From Tubiluchus corallicola (Eukaryota > Animalia > Priapulida), in the NCBI GenBank assembly GCA_030141605.1, contig JAQGDQ010000012.1, positions 1,471,341 to 1,535,340 on the forward strand: 64,000 nt of DNA. Reading direction: 5' to 3'. Within the stretch, counting starts at the first letter, position 1; each line of letters begins with the position of its first letter. Shown one piece after another: positions 54,486 to 64,000 of the stretch. Position numbers and translations under genes: made by a program. A model generated the notes under the pieces. It searched no databases, was not told where the DNA came from, and saw only the letters and a list, made by a program, of their open reading frames with translations.

Positions 54486-54893
54486 GTTAGTATGAAACTG
54501 CTGCTCTCTGGAACTCTATGTTGAAAGCTTGTTTGCCATCCTAATTTAATCTCCGCCAGTAAAAGGGAAACAGCAAATTCTAACAGCTAAAATGCAGTTT
54601 ATTATAAGAACTCGACAAGAAAATACTAGGGTATAGTAAAAGGTCTAGTTAATTAGATCGTCATCGTCGAGATGATCTCTTCGACCAAGACGCACTACCT
54701 AACTCTCATTCGTCATCATCATCTCCTTACATTCTGCACTGTTAACGCAAACAACCAATAACATTGGCGCTCCTCTAGTTTAACAAAGTTATCAACAGAT
54801 ACATGTTTACCATGACCTCTTAAATTAATCCTCTTGTCTTTTTCTTCTTAAATTAAATTCTCCTTATTTCTATCTCTGGGCCAGCATGACTTT

Positions 54894-55065
54894 GGTTTTC
54901 CAGAGGGCAGACACTTTGCTTTTCAGTAGTCTCTATGAAAAACTCCCAGTTAATACTTTTGTAGACTAAAAATGCTGGGTTTTCCAAAGGGCAAACACCT
55001 TGCTTCTTGCTTTTCAGGAGTCACTATGAAAACTCACAGTTAATACTTTTGTAGACTAAAAATGT
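54894..55065. repeat. ~85-bp tandem duplication
   Basis: GGTTTTCCA(G/A)AGGGCA...CAGTTAATACTTTTGTAGACTAAAAATG occurs twice. Confidence 0.85.
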
Positions 55066-55698
55066 TTGTGGTTGTTGGGGTTCATAATGTAGAAACATAA
55101 ATTGCTGTCATTTTTTCTTTTCTGTTATTACACTTATCTAAATGGCAATGCTATAACTATTGCTCAGAACGGTTCACTAGCACTGACGACTTACTTGAAC
55201 TGAAAATTCGTAGAATTTTTAGTTTTGCAATTACACATTTTGCTTTTAGGGCTTAATATCATTTTACCAAAATAACAAGAAACTGAAGCATGTGATTTTT
55301 AAATGCATAGAATTGCTAAACATTTTCAATGACATTCTTTAGCTCATTATTTTTCCCCAAATTATTTTTTTTCCTTAAAAATTGAAAAGTTTTTACAAAT
55401 AATTTTTATTTTTTTATTTAAATATAGTTTTATACTAATAAGTTACTTGAACCTCTGTTTGTATTTTCAGTGTTTATTTATTTATTTCTTTTTGCAAATT
55501 ATAAATTATTTTTATTACATATTACAATAAGATCTCACTGAAACAAAACACAGAAAAGGGTTAGTCAATTGTATTCTCAATTATTGTAAAGCAACACCAG
55601 CAAATTATTGCTTTCTCTTTCTAGACAATGTATGATGTCATTGAGTTTAGAAATAACTTCGTATAGTGTGTCTTAAAATTTTTTTTGTTTCTTAAAAG

Positions 55699-55876
55699 GT
55701 TGGAATATGATGCATACCGAACGGATTTGGAATCTATGCAAGCTGGTCCAAAAACCGATCCCGCATTTGGTGTCAAATTGGATGAAATGACCAGATTATA
55801 CAATTCTCATAAAGAGAAATTTGATCGATTACGGGCAGATGTGGATGTCAAGTTACGGTTTCTCGAAGAAAATAAG
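55699..55876 (+). CDS. ARFIP: Arfaptin coding exon 5
   Basis: AAAAG|LEYDAYRTDLE...KFDRLRADVDVKLRFLEENK|GTATGT. Confidence 0.94.
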
Positions 55877-56248
55877 GTATGTGCTTCCATAGAGCCTTGA
55901 GTTTGATTTGCACAGTCGTAAAGGGTGTCCCAAAAAGTTGTGAGTGCACATCTGTTTTTTGAATATGTCGCTTCAATAAACTCATACAATACCACTTTAC
56001 CACTTCAGGATGCCATTCATTAAAACACATAAATAAAAAAATATACATAAAGAAAGTTCAGCTTAATAATAAACTTAATCAGATTCAATACACAAGTTAA
56101 AAAATATCTGGAATATAATGCCTCTCAAAATAAAATTATCAACATGCTTTGAGCAATTTAAAATACAAAAAAATGTGTATCTGAAAACTTTCTCAGGTGC
56201 TAGTTTATTGAACTAATCAGGTACTGTTGGTTATTGTCTTTTTTGCAG

Positions 56249-56410
56249 GTCAAAGTCATGCACAAACAACTGCTGCTGTTTCACAAGGCCATTTCTGCTT
56301 ACTTTGCTGGGAATGCACAAGGTCTGGAACAGACTATTCAACAGTTTAGTATAAAGCTGAAAATGCCAAACTCCAGTCCGCCTTCCTGGTTAGAAGATGG
56401 TAAGGAATGA
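56249..56410 (+). CDS. ARFIP: Arfaptin final coding exon
   Basis: TTTGCAG|[53 protein letters not shown]. The six exons sum to 1074 nt (357 aa). Confidence 0.93.
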   Translation, partial: VKVMHKQLLLFHKAISAYFAGNAQGLEQTIQQFSIKLKMPNSSPPSWLEDGKE

Positions 56411-58894
56411 TCGAGGCCCTTAATGCCTGCTATCTCTTGGCTTGCATGTAGACAGTAAGTCAGTGACTGCAAGCTTACTTAGAAATTCTGTTTAGCTGCT
56501 TTTTTAAAAATCTGACTACGATTTGTACTTTTTTCATAGAGTTTCATTTCTGCCAATGTACATGGAGATATGTGTTAACGAAAAAAGGTTATTTGGTTGA
56601 GAATAACACCAGTAAGGTAGTTACTAGATTACTAAAACTGCTGCTAGGGGCAATGTTCAAAATCTTGAAAAATAAATACTTAAATAGTATTTATTTATTC
56701 AGTTGGGGTAAATAAGATGCATTTAGTTTTAGATAAATGCTGGCCTTAAAGGGTTAGCCATATAGTTTATATTATATGAAATGGATAACAAATGATTAGC
56801 TAAGAAGCATTGATTACAACTTTTATGCTAAGTGTACATTGAGTACTGATGACAACTTCTCGCATCAGTAATATAATGTATGTATAACATCAGTTGAGAA
56901 AATGTGTGTAGGATTGATTTTCTTAACTTGATATGACAGATTTGGTTTTTTGTTTCAAGATTTTTTCATACCATCTTATGTGCCATAAAGCCTTGAGTGG
57001 CATTATTTTTGAAAGTCTGAAATTTTCTTACTGAAATAAAACAGTAATTTAAAAACAAGTATTTGTGCTCTTTGTCCTTTTGCTACTGTATTTTCATCAT
57101 ACATCGTGCTAAAATGCTGGCCTTGTTAATCCTAAATAAATAATGTAGAATGTTATATCGATGTATATATTTAACCGAGTGAGATGTGTTTAACATTCCG
57201 TACTATAATCTCAACAAATATTTATTATTGTAATGTTGGCCTGGGAGCGTCACTATACAAAATACAGCTAGTAACTAAAGCTTTCTCAAGCTTTGGTTTC
57301 ATAGTATTACTGTTACTTTTTTATTTGTTGGCTTATTATTACTATATGTATTTAACTGGAAGTTTAGGTAGTAGGTTGTTTTTTTAAGAAAAGCATTTGT
57401 TGGGTAGCATATATATAATTATTATTCTGTTGTGTTTGAGAATATATAAGCTAGGGTTGCTTTGGATAAAAGAATGTTTGAAATTGTAAGATATTAATGT
57501 TGTTAATGTGAATACATATAGTTTCAATAGAAGTTAAATACGTGGTTAATTATTGCAGCATTTTATATTAGTGTGGTAAACCCTTATGGTTTTATTACTC
57601 TGTCTAAATACTCTGAAATGTCTGTGCATCTCATTAGATTTTGCCTGTGGCTGGACTTTCTAATTTATTACCTAGTAATTTAGTGAATGGCAATTGTCTG
57701 ATTATGCTAAATTAAACTAAATGTCTGCATAAAATTCAAAATAATATAAAGGAACGTTTAGTTTCAGAAAAAATCAAAAGGTAAAATCAGAGCACACTTT
57801 GTGCATTTGTGCACGAATGATAAATTTAGAGTTCTGCAGTAGATATTACCATAGAATTGGTTTCTGCTTAAAAACATTCTTTTCTGTATTCACTTAGTAG
57901 AATATATGACTATAATTATGTGGTCGACAATGAGTGGTTCTCATTATACAGGCTTATGTATTTGAAAAATGAGAGCTGTGATAAACTGGCTTGACATTTG
58001 GATACAAAAGTGAATAAAAACTACCATGCAGCTCAAAGCTCTGCTTGTGCTTTTAGCGAATTTGATTTTTTTTCTTTTAATATCTTTTACTCATCCAATA
58101 TATGTTACACATATTAATGTATTTGTGTTGATATGAGTGTACTTACAGTGCAAACATTCCGAACTTGTGCATTACAAGAAATGGTTTATTCGTAATTTCA
58201 CTATGGATAAAATTTTGGATATTAAACTGACTTTGAATTTAATCACATTCATTCACTGTGTTATTCTGCAGCATCAAATGTTCTGATTATGCCTGGTGAG
58301 TTTGTGAGATGTGAATTAATTTAGGCCCCAATATATACTGCCTAATGTATTATTATAGTAAGCAACAAATATTCTAAGGCACATGCATCTACACTTAACA
58401 TCGAATTTGTATTCTTTGTATTTACTTGTGTGACTTGTTCCAGCACAGCACAAACTAGCTGAATTACAACTGCTTTGTAATTGCATACATGCTACTTTTT
58501 AATTAATGTTCCACTTACAACTGGTTTATTCCCAATTTGTCTGAGAATAATAAATAATTGGTTTGAAGTTTTTTATTTCCTATGATAATCATGCGTGCAT
58601 CTGGCTTGACAACAATCTACATTCCAGTCCGGGCCATTTTGCCATGCTTAAAGCATCCAATACCGTAAAATCACAATCTGAAAAAATGTCTCAAATGAAA
58701 AACATTTTAAGTAACAATGTTATAATTTACACAGAAGTACTATATAGGAACAACAAATTTTATATAGACGATCATTGGTCAACAATTGGCGATGATAAAA
58801 TTCCTATTACATTGGTTGTGGATTGTCTTCTTTTGACTTTCTCGTTGAATTTAGAATGACTAAAAGAGTACTAAACATCACTCAACCTTGTTTG

Positions 58895-59155
58895 CTATTG
58901 TAATTCACTAGCTACAGATGGTCCTACTTTTTCTAAGCGCTTCACTATATGATGACTAGTGTCTATAAAACGCTCGACACAATTACGCAGACAAGTCTCT
59001 GTTCTAGAATCAAGTTTATTTCCTGGCTTATCGGGCATGCACAAATCCCAGCATTGGTCTGTCAGCTCGTGGACAAGATGCTGGAATCGTTGCTTTTGTG
59101 TTTCACCCTCAATGAAGCGTGCCATTTGTGGGTCGATTTTTTCTTCACCAGCCAT
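58895..59155 (-). CDS. TIMM8: Mitochondrial intermembrane-space chaperone Tim8
   Basis: 86 aa with twin CX3C (CWDLC...CLRNC) and Tim8 motifs QKQRFQxLVHELTDxCW, [11 protein letters not shown] and CVERFIDTS. Uninterrupted CDS; a 5'UTR acceptor TTTTTTTGCAG| starts the exon at 59198. Confidence 0.95.
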   Translation of the reverse strand: MAGEEKIDPQMARFIEGETQKQRFQHLVHELTDQCWDLCMPDKPGNKLDSRTETCLRNCVERFIDTSHHIVKRLEKVGPSVASELQ

Positions 59156-59836
59156 TCTTTCTCAGGTCTACAGGTTTGCAGAAGTCTTACTGATATTCCT
59201 GCAAAAAAATCGAATGTGAATGTGTAATTCTGGGCAAACGATCTTTAACAATCTACAATTGAAGCATTAAATTTTTTGAAACCATTGAGTTTTCCTGGAA
59301 TAAAATTTTGAAATTTATGCACTATTTATTTCTCTTTAACCGCCGTTTACAAATTTTTCTCTTAAAAATGTGTTAGACGTGCAAGCTACAGTTACAAAGC
59401 TTACGGGGTGAGTAAATCTGGGTTGGATAATACCAATGTGGTGACTTCTGGTCAATGAGTCAAGAACAGTCAGATTTGCAGTTCAACAATTACAGCACAA
59501 GTTTTGTATTCTCAGTAAGACAAATTCATATGGGCTGAAATAGGTCAAGCAATGACCATACTTCTGTGAAAAGTCTAGACGAGACAAATTGAATGGTACA
59601 GGTTGACACTGGTTGTGGTTGGGTGATTGAAACTGAGCAGGTCTGACTTCATCGAAATGCAGTTTCTAGTTGGGTAATTCAATGAAGGCAATTTAGACTC
59701 ATACTCCTGACTCACAGGTCTTAGGACCAAAAGTGACAAGTTATGATCTCATTGAAATAAAATACAGTCAAACCTCAATGTACCACCAAACTCATTTGTA
59801 GTGGCAAAATGCCAAAGAAAGCTGCATTCAAATGTA

Positions 59837-60837
59837 CAGTAGTCACCACTTAATAGGCTCACAGTTAATAGACTCGATCGCTTAATTGACTCAAAAACGC
59901 CTGGAACGGGCCGCTTCTATTCAAATATACATAAAAACTATCGGTAATTGACTCAAATAACTTCGCTTAATTGACTCAATATTTTTCCTTCACGTACTTA
60001 AAATAAGACATTTGTATGTGCCCAAACAGCCTTTGCTACTTTTATGTCATCTTTACTTCCCTTTTGTGCATTATATAAGTAGAAACAATCATGTTAAGTA
60101 CTATTTTGTTTGTAAACAGGTACATTTATCAGGAGGTAATACTCTAGCGTAGCGGTTTTGCATTGAATCTGTTACCCGCTCGCCCAGAATACTCTCGGCA
60201 GAAATTTGAAAAAACGATCTGAAACTGAGCAGTCAGCAAGCCAAAATGAGAATCTAGCATCTAAGAGGCGACGCACAGGAAAAGACTGTGAAGTCTTTTA
60301 ACTACGTTAGAAGTGTGGTTTACAAACACAAGAGAAAAAATGCTTGAGTGAACGCTCCTTTAATGCAACAGAAAGCAGAAGATTTGGCAAAAAAATGCTC
60401 AAGCACGCCAAGCGCTAAATGTTTTACGAGAATACCTGCACCACACAGCAACAGATTTCAACGTCTTTATAATTACGAAAACTTCGTGAGCCAACTTCTT
60501 CGCGAGAAAATGAAGCTGCCAACTTTCAAGGAATTTTTGTAATTTTTGCAAATAAACAGATTTGTGTGATTTAGAAAAGTATACTTTTTAAATTATTGTT
60601 AATTCACTTATATAAATTAATATTTTAAAATATTTTTTTTCTAACTTTTAACTGCACAAAGGAATTTAGGTATTACTTCGTTTCTAAAATTGATTAAAAG
60701 CCTTTGCAGTGCATAGTAAACTGATGACTCATACTTCTATAGCAGTAATACTACACCCATCAGTTAATAGGTTCAATCGGTTAATTTGGTCAAAACACGT
60801 CGGGTCCCAAAGTGAGTCTATTAAGCGGTGACTACTG
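59837..60837 (+). mobile_element. Internally deleted pogo/Tigger (Tc1-mariner superfamily) transposon
   Basis: TA-flanked TIRs CAGTAGTCACCACTTAATAGGCTCAC / GTGAGTCTATTAAGCGGTGACTACTG; repeated TAATTGACTCA subterminal motif; CENP-B-HTH-like remnants KRRRTGK, WF, APLMQQKAEDLAKK. Confidence 0.88.
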
Positions 60838-61043
60838 TATATAAAATGACCTGTGATGCCACTTCCCATTCCCCACCAGCCGACAGGCAAATTAATTTAT
60901 GTCTAATGGATAAATACCGCCAGCCATCTCAACTAGCACTGGCGGCTTCTCGATATAATGCCAGCTATACGAAACTGCTACATGCTCCACTGAGTTGCTA
61001 ACACTGACCAGACGCCACATGTTGTATAACATAATGCATGTTA

Positions 61044-61807
61044 CAGTCGAACCTCGTTCTACAACCGCCCCCATAATGGCCAGCCTCGCCATAACGCCAA
61101 CTTTTGCCCTGTCCCTGTTTTATAATATATTAATTATAGGGAATACCGCCATCTGCCAATGTAACTGCTGTGCCAAAAATCTATTGTACATAATAAATTT
61201 ATCCCATTATACTGCCAGCCAAGATAAAGTACAATGAACTCTGAACAGAAAAACAATTATGGTGTTTAAATTAAGGTTTAGGTCTTCTTGCAGATGACTG
61301 TACGAAAGTGAATGTTGAGGCTTTGAACAAGGAACATGCATTTTAAGAGTGCAAGAGTTGCTAAGTTTCAGTACTGAACTGATGTGAATTTAATGTCAAG
61401 TTATATGCGGTGGCTATTTATAGTCTTAACTGTCTGGACAGTAATGTTACATTGGGAGCATGGGTGGGTCGCCAGGCTGCATATTTCTCTTACCAACAGT
61501 AAGCTACTATACCAGTATTTCTCAAGATTGCTTCTCCATGTTGTATTATGCAAAAATTTTACAATGTACCAGCGTTGAACTACACCTGCATTGGTAATGC
61601 AGCAGAAATATACAGCATATAACACGTATTCTTGTAGGTATAATAACATTATACTAGTTATCCCGTATTAAAATTAACTAGGAAACAAAATTGAGGCTAC
61701 ACAGCAGAATGGCTTTGATATTTAATGAACCTCGTCTTACCGCCAACCCTGCTACAGCGCATTATTCAGTGTTGTCCCAGACCTGGCGTTATAACGAGGT
61801 TTGACTG
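61044..61807. mobile_element. pogo/Tigger-type MITE
   Basis: TA-flanked TIRs CAGTCGAACCTCGTT / AACGAGGTTTGACTG with internal CCTCG subterminal repeats. Confidence 0.85.
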
Positions 61808-63364
61808 TATCATGTTTTGAATGTTTGCAATCTGTACCGTACATTGTACAATCACAATAATATATTATTGTCAAGGTGCCACGCAATCACAATGGCAACT
61901 GACAAAAAAAACATGTGACTTGTTTTCTAAGACTTATCGAAGCAAATCCCAAAAGAAATTTGCAGTTATGACTTAATATGTTTTTTACATATAAATGTTT
62001 AGTGGAGTACATGCTATTATATAATTGAGTAGAAGACATGTATATAATATAAACAAAAAGTTTTTAATAAAGATGATTGATTTTGAGTGAGTCATTACTT
62101 CACAAACAATTATTTTAATAATTTTCTTTTAATTCACTGATTACCTTTAGAGTGAATAATTCTAACCTGTGTATGCTTATTTGGAAGTTTTGCAATTCAA
62201 CTAGGGCAAAATTTAACACATGTCAGAAACAACTTTACAATGCAGATTATTTTTATGACATAAAATTTTGTTTAAACTTTTTGCTGACAGAAGTATAACA
62301 CAGAGCCTAACACAGTACATTATGTTCTCTTATTTTAGTCATTAGGGTCACTGAACTTTGCCACTAGATTGTATTATTATATTTATAGATTTTATGTTAG
62401 GTTTTGTGATCAGGAGGTAGTGCTATAATAATTGTGTGTTTATCAGTTAAGCATTATGGACTTTTAGTCTTTACGCTATTATGTACGTTAAAAAATTAAA
62501 AACACTGTGTAATATTATAAGCCTAAACTATTATTATTATACCAAATAACTGCTATAACTTACTATGAATTATAACGAAATCAAAATTTAACTGAAAATT
62601 CCGAAATTTAAAAACATAGACGTCAAGCCACAGTGATGCAGTCGCAACTACGTTAATTACCTTAACTTATAATCAACGAATAATTTTAAACTAAATATCC
62701 AAGCTAATGTCACTTTAAAGACTTAAAGTCACTAATGCAAAGCAACGAAGTCTCAAACGATGGCTCCTGTGTATAAATACGCTTGGCAATTTGCAGACTG
62801 CTCCTTGGCTGATATATGTACATAGAAAACAACATGATAGTAATTATTTATCTTATCTACGGATAAGTAACTCTGCCTGGAACCGATTAATGATCACTAA
62901 TCAAATTAATAAATTTTCAAGTTTTTCTGACAAGACTTTACAGGAGCAGCGTTCAAATTTTTTATTGAGAAATGAACGTGAGAAGTGCTCTGATAAATCT
63001 AACTAATTTATTGCTTATTTGGACAATAATTGTTGGTGATCCTGATAGTTTGTCATGAAAGTAAGTGACAATAGAGCTTTTCCCATAATAGAAACATTAC
63101 AATGTGTGAAAGCCTCTCGTGATATCAATGAAAAAATGAAATTCTTGAGTGGGACATACTCTTTTCTAATTATTTTTTCCCAGACGACGACCTAAACGCT
63201 TGAATTTCTTGCACCAGAGTATATACCGCTTCCTGTGCAGAGCCTTGTCTTCTATCGGGAAAGCCCAATGGTTCTGCGCATAATTATTTTCCCAACACTT
63301 TCAATCTTAATTTATCTAATTAACAGAATGCATTTTAGAACACATTACAAAAATAATCTGAAAT

Positions 63365-63613
<249 letters not shown>

Positions 63614-64000
63614 GTGGGCTGTGGGCTCTGGGTCACACAGAATTTTTGATAGTATTATTAGCAAAAATTTGCTATTACAATAATTTACTGATGACTAGAT
63701 AAGTAAACGTTATGTAGGATGCTTGCATACTATACGTTATTTACATAGATTTCTTGAGAGGCTTAGCTAGTTATATATTTGTTTATAGATTGAAGTTGTT
63801 TTGTAAAAATATATTTTTTTATATTAGTATCATAACTAAAGAAACTGTTGCCGTATGCAAAGTTGGTGGGGAAGAGCAAGTCAGCTATACGAAAAAGTGT
63901 TGCTTCAGAAACATAAAGACACAATTTATCAGAACTTAAGTAATTTATCGTGTGGTACATGGCATAAAGGATAGAAGCATGGAGATCACTTGTTTGTGTA

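Overview
AT-rich, intron-containing animal genomic DNA (invertebrate bilaterian; a lophotrochozoan is plausible but cannot be proven here) with one assembly gap (5315-5860). Gene models reconstructed by hand from splice signals: Cdx/caudal exon 1 (-, hexapeptide PYDWIKK; homeobox exon not found in the window), Dcp2 (-, 2 coding exons, 421 aa), a three-exon small Tim10b/Tim9b gene absent from the ORF track (-, 85 aa), Arfaptin (+, 6 coding exons, 357 aa) and Tim8 (-, 86 aa). The most notable structure is that the Tim10b stop codon lies only 216 nt upstream of the Dcp2 ATG on the same strand, suggesting a dicistronic or otherwise shared transcription unit. Tim10b is also head-to-head with Arfaptin, as human TIMM10B is with ARFIP2. 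The rest is decayed CR1/L2/RTE-type LINE fragments, tRNA-derived SINEs, hAT and pogo/Tigger elements, foldback-like elements with telomere-like repeats, micro- and minisatellites, and candidate Cdx regulatory elements. All family calls are by recognition, with no database search.
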